A stretch of DNA of 64,000 nucleotides from positions 1-64,000 of the IMG/VR virus record IMGVR_UViG_3300018080_000099. One strand, written 5' to 3'. The notes under the pieces were generated by a model. The model made no database searches. It was not told the DNA's origin and worked only from the letters and a program-made list of their open reading frames with translations. The translations under genes were made by a program, and so were the position numbers. This stretch comes from a virus. Position 1 is the stretch's first letter. Each line of letters starts with the position of its first letter. This document shows, piece by piece, positions 55,500 to 63,272 of this stretch.

Positions 55500-56174
55500 A
55501 TGAACAAGTCCCAACAAGTCAGAGAATGGTTTGATACCGGCGTCATCGACATGAGCCCTGATAAGAAGTTGTGGGCTGCTACCAAGCTCGGCATGACGAT
55601 ACAGACGGTTCACGCAGCTCTGGTGAGACACACCAAGACGAACAACCCCACACAGCCAACAGTCCCCTCCCACACCGACTATGACATTAAGAATGTCATC
55701 AAAGGTAAGGTTGAGGATTGCCTTCAGATGGCAAGACAGGCAGGCTACCGTACCCCTTCAATTATAGATGTCAGATGGGACTTGAGGGGCAAAACCGCAG
55801 GGCAAGCATGTCACAGATTCACGGGTTCATACATCAGAGTCAACATGGTTCTAGCTCGGGAGAATCGGGAACACTACATTGCACAGACGGTTCCCCACGA
55901 GGTAGCACACATCATCGACCACTACCACAACGGTAGAAGCAGTGGACATGGACGCCCTTGGAAGCGAATCATGGAGCTTGCCTTCAGACGGCCGGCTGAC
56001 AGATGCCACTCTTACGACACCACCAACGCACGGGTTCGGACGTTGAGAAGATACCAATATGTATGTGACTGTGCCACCCCACACAACATCACGAGCATCA
56101 AACACAGAAGAATCCAGCTCGAAGGTGCCCGGTATATATGTAAGAGGTGCAGGGGAGTCCTGAGACTCCCCTGA
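55500..56174 (+). CDS. HTH + SprT-like zinc metallopeptidase domain protein
   Basis: N-terminal KLGMTIQTVHAAL (HTH, family D-like); HEVAHIIDH HExxH; C-terminal Cys pairs (YVCDC…CKRC) as in SprT family. Confidence 0.55.
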   Translation: MNKSQQVREWFDTGVIDMSPDKKLWAATKLGMTIQTVHAALVRHTKTNNPTQPTVPSHTDYDIKNVIKGKVEDCLQMARQAGYRTPSIIDVRWDLRGKTAGQACHRFTGSYIRVNMVLARENREHYIAQTVPHEVAHIIDHYHNGRSSGHGRPWKRIMELAFRRPADRCHSYDTTNARVRTLRRYQYVCDCATPHNITSIKHRRIQLEGARYICKRCRGVLRLP

Positions 56175-56192
56175 AAAAAGATAAAAAAGAGC

Positions 56193-56221
56193 TTGACAAC
56201 TCAGCGACAATGATGTATATT
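56193..56221 (+). promoter_or_regulatory. consensus promoter
   Basis: gcttgacaactcagcgacaatgatgtatatt. Confidence 0.55.
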
Positions 56222-56246
56222 ATTTGACATGAAAGGAGAAGAACCA

Positions 56247-56531
56247 ATGTCAAACGCCCTCACCACCCAACTCAGGCAGAGCGGAGCCGCCGTTGCGGTT
56301 CACCCTGACACCGACCGTTACAAGAATCGGTTCGATGTTCGCTCAGGAAGTTCCAACCGTGTCTACCGTATCAGCTACGACGCTGCCCCCGGTGCCGGTT
56401 ACTGGGTATGTTCATGCCCCGGCTGTATCAGGCATGGCGACTGCAAGCACCTTCGGGCTGTCGGACTGCAGGGACGGAAGTACGGACGAGTGTCACTCGA
56501 AGCCTCCATCAAGAGAGCACTCAATGGCTAA
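56247..56531 (+). CDS. SWIM zinc-finger protein (CSCPGCIRHGDCKH)
   Basis: RBS GAAAGGAGAAG; CxCxnCxH. Confidence 0.5.
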   Translation: MSNALTTQLRQSGAAVAVHPDTDRYKNRFDVRSGSSNRVYRISYDAAPGAGYWVCSCPGCIRHGDCKHLRAVGLQGRKYGRVSLEASIKRALNG

Positions 56532-56838
56532 GAAGCGCCAGTCGGTATTCGACCCCGACTATGCTCCCTACGGGACCTACAAAGGTCCCAAGGGGAGCCC
56601 TGACGAATGGAAGCAAGCCTTCCGTGAGATGTTTGGTTCGGTGGAGGAAGCTCAGGAAGCTCTGGGTAAGGACCACCCGCTTAACATCCTCGGATTGAAT
56701 CTTGGAGCTACGATAGAGCAAATCAAGGCGGCGTTCCGCAAGATGGCTCTGAAGTTCCATCCTGACAAAAACAAAGACCCGGAAGCTCCTTCGATGTTCC
56801 GGAAAATCTGTGCGGCATACAAAGTGCTCATGGGCTGA
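56527..56838 (+). CDS. J-domain (DnaJ-like) protein
   Basis: HPD tripeptide in KMALKFHPDKNKDPEA…KICAAYKVL; helix II/III pattern of J domain. Confidence 0.65.
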   Translation, partial: AKKRQSVFDPDYAPYGTYKGPKGSPDEWKQAFREMFGSVEEAQEALGKDHPLNILGLNLGATIEQIKAAFRKMALKFHPDKNKDPEAPSMFRKICAAYKVLMG

Positions 56839-56847
56839 AAAAAGTCC

Positions 56848-56876
56848 TTGACAAATCAGGTCGCGTGTTGTATATT
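56848..56876 (+). promoter_or_regulatory. consensus promoter
   Basis: ccttgacaaatcaggtcgcgtgttgtatatt. Confidence 0.55.
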
Positions 56877-56922
56877 AAGGGTGTTGAAGGAGGCACCCTT
56901 AACCACTCAAAGGAGTAGAGAG

Positions 56923-57285
56923 ATGCCACTCACGTACACGAAGGTCAACCGGCGGGAGGAAGTCAGCCGGGAGGAAGTCGAGCTGAAGCCATACGACCAC
57001 TGGGGAATGTTCACCAGTGCTGGCAACCGGAGACTCCGGACGCTGGCTCAGCAGCTGCTTGACAAGATGGAAAAGGAGACTGACCACCTTGCCCGCCAGC
57101 AGCTCATCGTCTGGTACCTGAAGAAGATTAACAAGGTATCCAGCTTCGAGACGTACAGCGAAGCCAGCGACACGGCAGTCCGCGAATACATCTGGGACTT
57201 CATAGTCAAGGTGTGTGGCTGTGTGGACATCAGTACCGGCACGGCTGACGACCTGTGGGAAAAGTACTACAGGCCGGAGTACTAG
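56923..57285 (+). CDS. hypothetical protein (120 aa)
   Basis: RBS CAAAGGAG; inside ORF 56848..57285. Confidence 0.5.
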   Translation: MPLTYTKVNRREEVSREEVELKPYDHWGMFTSAGNRRLRTLAQQLLDKMEKETDHLARQQLIVWYLKKINKVSSFETYSEASDTAVREYIWDFIVKVCGCVDISTGTADDLWEKYYRPEY

Positions 57286-57344
57286 GAAGTGACAGAAGTC
57301 AGGTAAGTCCGACTGAGCTAGAAAGAGAAAGTCGGACTTCCCTC

Positions 57345-57373
57345 TTGACATCCAACCTCAAAGGAGTTATATT
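57345..57373 (+). promoter_or_regulatory. consensus promoter (leaderless mRNA; AAGGAG lies in spacer)
   Basis: cttgacatccaacctcaaaggagttatatt; ATG 7 nt downstream. Confidence 0.5.
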
Positions 57374-57379
57374 TTAGAC

Positions 57380-57892
57380 ATGGAACAAAAGTACATCTCA
57401 CTTGCGAATGATATGTTGACGTTTGCCAAGACATTGTTAGAACGTGATGGCGGACTTCAGCCTGTCGTGTTCATTCTCAAGGAGGGCTTTGCACCAGCTG
57501 TCGAGCAACTTGAGATTGTTGATGAAGCTCAGAAGGAGCAGATGTTTGTAGCTCTCGGATGTGCAGCGGCAAAATCCGACATCGACGCTTTACTCTTTAT
57601 CAATGAGGGGTGGCTCCGCCGGGTGGATGCCAGCCAGCTCGACAAGGATGACTTTCAATATGAGAGTCCATCCATGTACCCGGAGTCAATGAGGGAAGAA
57701 TGTATCGTAGCTACCTTGATTGACTTTAAGGAATCAAAGGGCTATTCCTCATTCACTATCTTTACAAGGGAGAATGGGTTTAAGTTCAAGGATTCGGACG
57801 GGTTTGATGAAGCCAAAGGAATGACAACGGAAGTTACGTTGAATGCATATAACCAAGCATCCGCTTTACTATCTCAACAGAAGGAGGACTAA
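57380..57892 (+). CDS. hypothetical protein (170 aa)
   Basis: ORF track. Confidence 0.5.
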   Translation: MEQKYISLANDMLTFAKTLLERDGGLQPVVFILKEGFAPAVEQLEIVDEAQKEQMFVALGCAAAKSDIDALLFINEGWLRRVDASQLDKDDFQYESPSMYPESMREECIVATLIDFKESKGYSSFTIFTRENGFKFKDSDGFDEAKGMTTEVTLNAYNQASALLSQQKED

Positions 57893-58398
57893 TGTCCAAG
57901 CAGTCGTTCACCCATGAAGGAACTGAGTATGGCTCACGTTCCGAAGCCGCACGGGCTCTGCTTTCGCAGACCAACCCGGAGACCAAAAAGCCGTACACCT
58001 GTTCGGAAGTCGCCAAGATTGTCGGGATGACTCCGCAGACCGTGTACACCCAGACGGACGAGGGCAAAGCGAAAGTCGCTGCTCGTCGTGCCAAGTACCG
58101 CGCCATCAACCTCGCCAAGACCGGCAAGTACACGCAGGCAATGATTTGCGACCGTACGAAGCTCGAAGCCGGTGTCATGCGGAAGCTCCTGACAGAAGCC
58201 AACATCACCTGTCCGACCGCCAAGGAACTCGCTCAGTCTCAGAAGGAAGCGGAAGAGGCGAAGGCGAAGGAAGCCGAAGCAAAGAAGGCTGAAAAGGCGA
58301 AGGCAAAGGAAGAAGTAGCTCCCGCCGCGGCAGAAAAGAACACCAGCAAGGGCAAGGGGAACTCCCGGAAGGCAAAGTCCAAAGCTGACAAAAAGTAA
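57892..58398 (+). CDS. HTH protein, family D N-terminus + histone H1-like KAKEAEAKK tail
   Basis: YGSRSEAARALL…SEVAKIVGMTPQTVY; C-terminal Lys/Ala/Glu repeats. Confidence 0.5.
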   Translation: MSKQSFTHEGTEYGSRSEAARALLSQTNPETKKPYTCSEVAKIVGMTPQTVYTQTDEGKAKVAARRAKYRAINLAKTGKYTQAMICDRTKLEAGVMRKLLTEANITCPTAKELAQSQKEAEEAKAKEAEAKKAEKAKAKEEVAPAAAEKNTSKGKGNSRKAKSKADKK

Positions 58399-58433
58399 GC
58401 CAACTCCCTGACTGAGTGGCAGGGTGGAAGGGA

Positions 58434-58471
58434 CCGCCGCAACCTCTGATTCAAGTTGCGGCGGTTTTTTT
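58434..58471 (+). terminator. rho-independent terminator (CCGCCGCAAC…GUUGCGGCGG + U7)
   Basis: stem-loop + T-run. Confidence 0.7.
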
Positions 58472-58480
58472 ATTTTTCCC

Positions 58481-58509
58481 TTGACATTCCAGCTGGAATG
58501 AATTATATT
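58481..58509 (+). promoter_or_regulatory. consensus promoter upstream of ORF-less conserved element
   Basis: cccttgacattccagctggaatgaattatatt. Confidence 0.5.
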
Positions 58510-58515
58510 TTAAAT

Positions 58516-58566
58516 AACCTCAGGGGTGGGAACGGCGACCGAGCACTCCAGTTTAAGCGCTTAACC
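58516..58566 (+). ncRNA. candidate small non-coding transcript: AAUAACCUCAGGGGUGGGAACGGCGACCGAGCACUCCAGUUUAAGCGCUUAAC
   Basis: promoter with no ATG/ORF; same conserved element as - strand loci at 60057-60151, 63212-63272, 61665-61724. Confidence 0.3.
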
Positions 58567-58584
58567 AAATACCTGAAAAAGAGC

Positions 58585-58613
58585 TTGACATCTCAGCTCG
58601 AATGAATTATATT
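58585..58613 (+). promoter_or_regulatory. consensus promoter + conserved leader
   Basis: gcttgacatctcagctcgaatgaattatattatctgtacattcaaaggagatg. Confidence 0.6.
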
Positions 58614-58637
58614 ATCTGTACATTCAAAGGAGATGAC

Positions 58638-59045
58638 ATGGCAATCACAAAGGATTTTCTCGGAGCAGGCAAGGCAATCTTCACGGTTGCGAATCCTCAC
58701 GGGAAACACTATACCTTCAAGATTCGTAAGAAGAAGGATATGCCCTACTTCGTTTCCCTGCTCACTGGTCCCGACAACTATGCTAACTATACCTACCTTG
58801 GTATATACATCCCTGCACATGCCGAAGTGCGGCTGAGCACCAAGAGCCGGTACAATGCAGAGTCCCTGCCTGTCAAGGTGGTTCGATGGGCTATTAAGAT
58901 GATACACGAGGGCAAAGAGTTGCCTGAGGGATATAGCATCCGGCACGAGGGCAAATGTGCTCGGTGTGGGCGGCGACTCACTGACCCGGTATCAATCGAA
59001 CGTGGTTTCGGTCCTGAGTGCTGGAGACGTTCTGTCAATAGCTAG
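58638..59045 (+). CDS. hypothetical protein with C-terminal CxRCGRRLTDPVSIERGFGPEC zinc motif
   Basis: RBS CAAAGGAGATG; inside ORF 58602..59045. Confidence 0.5.
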   Translation: MAITKDFLGAGKAIFTVANPHGKHYTFKIRKKKDMPYFVSLLTGPDNYANYTYLGIYIPAHAEVRLSTKSRYNAESLPVKVVRWAIKMIHEGKELPEGYSIRHEGKCARCGRRLTDPVSIERGFGPECWRRSVNS

Positions 59046-59064
59046 AAAAAAGTGAAAATAACTA

Positions 59065-59093
59065 TTGACAAACCAGCTGGAATGGTGTATATT
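59065..59093 (+). promoter_or_regulatory. consensus promoter
   Basis: tattgacaaaccagctggaatggtgtatatt. Confidence 0.55.
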
Positions 59094-59146
59094 ATTACCA
59101 TGATTGAAAGATGTTCAACCTTACCACTCAAAGAAAGGGGCCTCGT

Positions 59147-60013
59147 ATGATGGCTTCAAAGCTGAAAGTCTCGAATGCCAAGAGCATCGAGGAAGTTCTT
59201 GAGTCCACCGGGATGAACTGGGATGCGGAGTCGCACCCTCTCGTTACCGGCGGCGGACTGGATGTGCCGAACTTCAAGGCGATGGTGCGGAGTGACAATT
59301 CACATGTCCTCGGCGTTGTCGGTTCGAAGTATCAGCCTGTCCAGAATTCACTCGCCTTCGGTTTCATGGACACCCTTGTTCAGAAGCACGATGCCGAATA
59401 CGAGAATGTCTACAGCCTGAAGGGCGGCGCGTATGTGATTGTTCAGGCTCGCATCCATCACGACTTCGAAGCCCGGCGCGGTGACAGGATTGCTTCCTAC
59501 ATCACCATGCTGAATTCCTTCGATGGCACTACCTCTTTCAAGGTGTACTTCACCCCTATCCGCCTGTTCTGCACCAATCAGCTCGGTGCCTCATGGCGGA
59601 AGAAGGCACAGTCCATCACGGTTCGCCACTCGGTGAATGCGAAAGAGAATGCCGAAGAGGGTTTCCGGGTTCTCTGCTCGGCTCAGGAATACTTCGAACA
59701 GTTTCAGGAGAAGGCACGCGTGCTTGCTCAGAAGGCAGTCGACCAGAAGATGGTTGACAAATTCCTGAAGGAAGTTCTCGGTGAAGCCGAATCAACCCAG
59801 AAGAAGAACCAGCATGAGAAGGTGACGGAACTGTTCCAGCACGGCAAGGGCAACAAGGGCGAAACGATGTGGGACTTGTACAATGGCGTGACGGAGTATG
59901 TCGACCACCACGGCACGAAGGACGACGACAAGCGCCTTGCCTCGGCTCTCATGGGACACGGGCTCAACCTGAAGGACAAGGCTTGGAATGCGGCTCTTGC
60001 CCTGACAAACTAG
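59147..60013 (+). CDS. DUF932-like (TIGR03299 phage/plasmid-like) protein
   Basis: VSNAKSIEEVLESTGMNWD…AMVRSDNSHVLGVVGSKYQPVQN…MLNSFDGTTSFKVYFTPIRLFCTNQL resembles DUF932 conserved core; RBS AAAGAAAGGGG. Confidence 0.45.
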   Translation: MMASKLKVSNAKSIEEVLESTGMNWDAESHPLVTGGGLDVPNFKAMVRSDNSHVLGVVGSKYQPVQNSLAFGFMDTLVQKHDAEYENVYSLKGGAYVIVQARIHHDFEARRGDRIASYITMLNSFDGTTSFKVYFTPIRLFCTNQLGASWRKKAQSITVRHSVNAKENAEEGFRVLCSAQEYFEQFQEKARVLAQKAVDQKMVDKFLKEVLGEAESTQKKNQHEKVTELFQHGKGNKGETMWDLYNGVTEYVDHHGTKDDDKRLASALMGHGLNLKDKAWNAALALTN

Positions 60014-60056
60014 AACTCCTGACAAAGGGGAGGGGCAACCCTCCCCTCCACTTAAC

Positions 60057-60090
60057 AAAAGAGAACCGGGAATTCCCAGTTCTCTTTTTT
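60057..60090. terminator. bidirectional terminator (GAGAACCGGGAAUUCCCAGUUCUC flanked by A4/U6)
   Basis: stem-loop with T-run on both strands; second hairpin GGGGAGGGGCAACCCUCCCCUCC at 60027-60049. Confidence 0.65.
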
Positions 60091-60151
60091 GTCAGCCCCA
60101 GTTTAACCGCTTAAATTTTCGTGCTACCTCGCCGTTCCCACCCCTAAGGTT
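60091..60151 (-). ncRNA. candidate small non-coding transcript from - strand promoter (60158-60186): AAUAACCUUAGGGGUGGGAACGGCGAGGUAGCACGAAAAUUUAAGCGGUUAAACUGGGG then terminator
   Basis: consensus promoter, no ORF, ends at bidirectional terminator. Confidence 0.3.
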
Positions 60152-60211
60152 ATTTAAAATATAATACATGGCGAAGCAAAAGTCAATAGGAAAAATAAAT
60201 AAAATTAGCTA

Positions 60212-60240
60212 TTGACAATGGAGCTGAAATGTATTATATT
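60212..60240 (+). promoter_or_regulatory. consensus promoter (leaderless), divergent from - promoter 60158-60186
   Basis: ctattgacaatggagctgaaatgtattatatt. Confidence 0.55.
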
Positions 60241-60246
60241 ATTACC

Positions 60247-60459
60247 ATGATGATAAAATCAAAATACACAGGCAAAATGATAAAGGGTTCAGTCTCATTC
60301 TGGTATGGCTCACGGCTCATTGGAGAGGCAGTCGTATACGATGGTGAGGGAGTCCCTGAGGCATTCGAGAGAGAACGTAGGTACTGCGAGTATTTCAACA
60401 GGGAGGCACTGCCTTACCTGTTCCGGTACACCAATGCAATCAAACACGGATGGGAATAA
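60247..60459 (+). CDS. small protein (70 aa), probable leaderless start
   Basis: ATG 7 nt after -10; ORF track start 60229 lies in promoter. Confidence 0.45.
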   Translation: MMIKSKYTGKMIKGSVSFWYGSRLIGEAVVYDGEGVPEAFERERRYCEYFNREALPYLFRYTNAIKHGWE

Positions 60460-60570
60460 TGGCACGTAAAGGCAACGGAAACAAACCAGCTACAAAGGAA
60501 TGGGCTAAGCATCTTCGCAAGGCAGGCAAGCGGGATGCCAACAAGCGGCAGAGAAAAGCCAACAAAAGCC

Positions 60571-60599
60571 TTGACAATTAGTCCTGAATGTTGTATATT
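60571..60599 (+). promoter_or_regulatory. consensus promoter
   Basis: ccttgacaattagtcctgaatgttgtatatt. Confidence 0.55.
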
Positions 60600-60621
60600 A
60601 CCTGTAACAACAGGAGATGAT

Positions 60622-60798
60622 ATGAACCAGAACATAACTCAAGCCAAAGCCCAGCGGCTCCAAGACATCGCCAGTGCGAAGGCTTCGCACGAGCGGCAGG
60701 CACGCAGGGAGCAGCGGCGTATCAACCACGAGGATGTCAAGTTCCTTCAGGCGGCATTGGAGGCACCGGACGTCGAAACCTTTCTGAGGATAGTATGA
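60622..60798 (+). CDS. small protein (58 aa)
   Basis: RBS CAGGAGATG; inside ORF 60535..60798. Confidence 0.4.
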   Translation: MNQNITQAKAQRLQDIASAKASHERQARREQRRINHEDVKFLQAALEAPDVETFLRIV

Positions 60799-61067
60799 AC
60801 ATCAAATCAATCGAGTACCGCACTGTCGAAGTTCCCGAAGTGACGAAAGTCAAGTTCAGGAAGTTCCCGGAAGGCGACGTCATCGCCCTGTTCCCTGAGG
60901 AGGAAGCAGACCTGCGAGGCAACTGCATGTCCTACATGTGCATAGGACAGCACGGAGCAGCCAGCCCTGAGTTGATTGAGGAATTGACTCCTGCAACTCC
61001 AGCAGAATACAAGGCAATCAAAGAGGAACTGGAGCGCATCGGTTATCACCTTAGCGTGGAGCAATAA
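60795..61067 (+). CDS. hypothetical protein (90 aa)
   Basis: ATGA overlap. Confidence 0.5.
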   Translation: MNIKSIEYRTVEVPEVTKVKFRKFPEGDVIALFPEEEADLRGNCMSYMCIGQHGAASPELIEELTPATPAEYKAIKEELERIGYHLSVEQ

Positions 61068-61318
61068 TGACTTACGGAAAGATACTTGAAATCGAGGACT
61101 ACCTCGAACTGGACTGCAGGCTGTTCGTTAACGGTATCAGCGGGAAGCCAGCTCACAGCGACTCCTACATGACTGTACTGGAATACTCCCGGCTAGGTGA
61201 AGTCGACAAGTCAAGGTTCAGCCAGCAGGAGTGGCTGGAAGCCTGCGAGCACTGGCTATCCAATGTCAACTGCGGGCCGGCCCTGAAACTCTTTGCCAAG
61301 TGGTTCAAAAGAAAATAA
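61067..61318 (+). CDS. hypothetical protein (83 aa)
   Basis: TAATG overlap. Confidence 0.5.
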   Translation: MTYGKILEIEDYLELDCRLFVNGISGKPAHSDSYMTVLEYSRLGEVDKSRFSQQEWLEACEHWLSNVNCGPALKLFAKWFKRK

Positions 61319-61326
61319 AATAAGCC

Positions 61327-61355
61327 TTGACAACTCAGCCAGAATAAGGTATATT
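61327..61355 (+). promoter_or_regulatory. consensus promoter (leaderless)
   Basis: ccttgacaactcagccagaataaggtatatt. Confidence 0.55.
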
Positions 61356-61361
61356 ATTGGT

Positions 61362-61496
61362 ATGAAACAAGTAACCTTCAAAGAAATCAACGGGAGAAAG
61401 GTTCCCAAGTTCCGGGGCGGCAGGGTAACGGTTCGCTTCCGGGATAAGACAAAGTACTCCCGTAAACTCAAACACAAAGGAGTGCAGGATGGATAA
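61362..61496 (+). CDS. small basic protein (44 aa), leaderless
   Basis: ATG 7 nt after -10; in frame with ORF 61293..61496. Confidence 0.35.
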   Translation: MKQVTFKEINGRKVPKFRGGRVTVRFRDKTKYSRKLKHKGVQDG

Positions 61497-61650
61497 CCTG
61501 TTTGACGTTGACATGACAGAACTGAAGGACAACTCCCTTGCCGAAATCTTTCAATCAGACGGCGAGGACGGCAGCTGGGACGAGGACGGACGCTGGGATG
61601 ATGATGACTGGCTGGAACAGCAGGCGGCACTTTCCGCTGGGGACTATTAG
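61489..61650 (+). CDS. small acidic protein (53 aa; DGEDGSWDEDGRWDDDDW)
   Basis: ATG overlapping upstream stop; below cut-off. Confidence 0.35.
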   Translation: MDNLFDVDMTELKDNSLAEIFQSDGEDGSWDEDGRWDDDDWLEQQAALSAGDY

Positions 61651-61664
61651 TCCCCAGTTTTTTT
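61639..61664. terminator. terminator (GGGGACUAUUAGUCCCC + U7)
   Basis: stem-loop + T-run. Confidence 0.65.
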
Positions 61665-61724
61665 ACCCCTCAGTTTAAGCGCTTAAATAAATGACCGAGC
61701 TTGCCGTTCCCACCTCCCTCGGTT
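61665..61724 (-). ncRNA. candidate small non-coding transcript from - strand promoter (61731-61759): …UAACCGAGGGAGGUGGGAACGGCAAGCUCGGUCAUUUAUUUAAGCGCUUAAACUG
   Basis: consensus promoter, no ORF, conserved element. Confidence 0.3.
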
Positions 61725-61783
61725 AATTTAAATATACTTCATTTCAGCTCAAATGTCAATAGTTATTTTCATTTATTTTTCGC

Positions 61784-61812
61784 TTGACTTTTGAGCTGAA
61801 ATGTATTATATT
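61784..61812 (+). promoter_or_regulatory. consensus promoter + conserved leader
   Basis: cgcttgacttttgagctgaaatgtattatatttaagtacattcaacaaaaggagat. Confidence 0.55.
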
Positions 61813-61839
61813 TAAGTACATTCAACAAAAGGAGATAAC

Positions 61840-62091
61840 ATGGCGACTAAAAAATACAAGTGGTATGCTGCTGTTCGTTTTAAGCTGAGCAACCGTATAG
61901 GTTCACCCACTGCTATTTTTGTATGGGATAAGTTTAAAAACAAATGGATACACACATGTATGGCTACTCCTAAACCTCTTGCCTATACAACTGCTCGTCG
62001 TAAATGTATTGAAAGGAAGAAACTTGATAAACAGGTAAAAGGCTGGATTGTTATTCGCGAGGATGAATATGCAAGAAACGGGTTTAATTAA
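61840..62091 (+). CDS. hypothetical protein (83 aa)
   Basis: ORF track. Confidence 0.5.
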   Translation: MATKKYKWYAAVRFKLSNRIGSPTAIFVWDKFKNKWIHTCMATPKPLAYTTARRKCIERKKLDKQVKGWIVIREDEYARNGFN

Positions 62092-62099
62092 AAAAGCCC

Positions 62100-62128
62100 T
62101 TGACTTTTCAGTTCAAATGATGTATATT
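62100..62128 (+). promoter_or_regulatory. consensus promoter
   Basis: cccttgacttttcagttcaaatgatgtatatt. Confidence 0.55.
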
Positions 62129-62152
62129 ATTGGTATCAGAAAAGGAGGCAAG

Positions 62153-62737
62153 ATGGAATACAAAGGCTACACCATTGACATTGAGCAGGACTACTCTGCT
62201 GAGGACCCCCGCGACTGGGACAATCTCGGTACAATGATATGCTTCCACAAGCGCTATCAGTTGGGCGACAAGGGGCATGGAGTTGATACTAGCGATTATT
62301 CAGGCTGGGCTGAGATGGAAGCAGAACTTCGCAAAGAATATGCCGTTGTCCTTCCCCTGTACCTTTACGACCACAGCGGCATAACCATGAAGGTAACTCC
62401 CTTCTTTTGCCCTTGGGATTCCGGGCAAGTCGGCTATATCGTGGTAAGTCGCGAGACTATCCTGAAAGAGTATGGCGGCAGTCGCTTGACAAGTCAGAAA
62501 CTTGAGAAGGCGAAGTCGGTGCTCATTGGGGAAGTCGAGACTTACGACATGTACCTCTGCGGCGAAGTCTACAGTTACATGGTACCGGGACTGGCAGAGG
62601 AGGATGATAACTACGACTACATGTGCAGTGGCTACTACGGGCATGAGGAAGCAGTCAAGGCGGCAAAGGAAGTTATCGACTCATACATAGCCGCAAAGGA
62701 AAAGAACTGCGGCGTACAGCAGGAATTGGCTGTATGA
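62153..62737 (+). CDS. hypothetical protein (194 aa)
   Basis: RBS AAAAGGAGGCAAG; inside ORF 62048..62737. Confidence 0.55.
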   Translation: MEYKGYTIDIEQDYSAEDPRDWDNLGTMICFHKRYQLGDKGHGVDTSDYSGWAEMEAELRKEYAVVLPLYLYDHSGITMKVTPFFCPWDSGQVGYIVVSRETILKEYGGSRLTSQKLEKAKSVLIGEVETYDMYLCGEVYSYMVPGLAEEDDNYDYMCSGYYGHEEAVKAAKEVIDSYIAAKEKNCGVQQELAV

Positions 62738-62877
62738 AATTCTATTTCAAGTCCGAAGCCAGCCTTATTGGCGTAGCCCAGTTTGTTGAAGCGGATAGCA
62801 AGTCGGAAGCCGCTGAACACTTGGCTGACGTATACGGAATCACAAAGCAGGAAGCCACCGAACTATTGGAGGATTGA
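62734..62877 (+). CDS. small protein (47 aa)
   Basis: ATGA overlap; below cut-off. Confidence 0.35.
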   Translation: MKFYFKSEASLIGVAQFVEADSKSEAAEHLADVYGITKQEATELLED

Positions 62878-62943
62878 CAAATGATTGACGCTATCGGAAC
62901 TCTAACGGCTTTTGCACTCCTGTACTTTATTTTCAAATAAGCC

Positions 62944-62972
62944 TTGACAAGTCAGCTCCAATGATGTATATT
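62944..62972 (+). promoter_or_regulatory. consensus promoter + conserved leader
   Basis: gccttgacaagtcagctccaatgatgtatattattggcgtacttaacaaaggagccgagatgg. Confidence 0.6.
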
Positions 62973-62999
62973 ATTGGCGTACTTAACAAAGGAGCCGAG

Positions 63000-63182
63000 A
63001 TGGACCAAGAGATTCGCCAGCAGTTCCAGACCCTTGCCTGCCGACTTTCCCCTGAGAACCTTCACTGCGACGGGGAGATAAGCCACGCACAGGCGATGAA
63101 AAAGTACCGTGCCATCATGCGCGAATGGCGCCAGCTGGAAAAGAAGGTCGGACGCAAGGTTGACGAGTCCGAAGTCTGGTAA
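63000..63182 (+). CDS. small protein (60 aa)
   Basis: inside ORF 62961..63182; RBS AAAGGAGCC. Confidence 0.5.
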   Translation: MDQEIRQQFQTLACRLSPENLHCDGEISHAQAMKKYRAIMREWRQLEKKVGRKVDESEVW

Positions 63183-63188
63183 GTTCAA

Positions 63189-63211
63189 GGGGAGGCAACT
63201 CCCCTTTTTTT
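63189..63211. terminator. terminator (GGGGAGGCAACUCCCC + U7)
   Basis: stem-loop + T-run. Confidence 0.7.
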
Positions 63212-63272
63212 AAGCCCCCCAGTTTAACCGCTTAAATTTCTTTGCTACCTGTCCGTTCCCACCCGTGAGGTT
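63212..63272 (-). ncRNA. candidate small non-coding transcript from - strand promoter (63279-63307): AAUAACCUCACGGGUGGGAACGGACAGGUAGCAAAGAAAUUUAAGCGGUUAAACUGGGGGG
   Basis: consensus promoter, no ORF, conserved element. Confidence 0.3.

Noticed and set aside
59111-59146. ORF-track start 59111 for the DUF932-like gene
   Set aside because: No SD before 59111, whereas a strong AAAGAAAGGGG RBS precedes the in-frame ATG at 59147.
50568-63236. TTTAAG/CCGCTTAAA palindromes as integron attC-like recombination sites (GTTTAAC / GTTAAAC resemble RYYYAAC/GTTRRRY cores)
   Set aside because: Elements are only about 18 bp, lack the paired L/R core-site architecture and extrahelical bases of attC, and no integrase gene is present. 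Operator-site interpretation is simpler.
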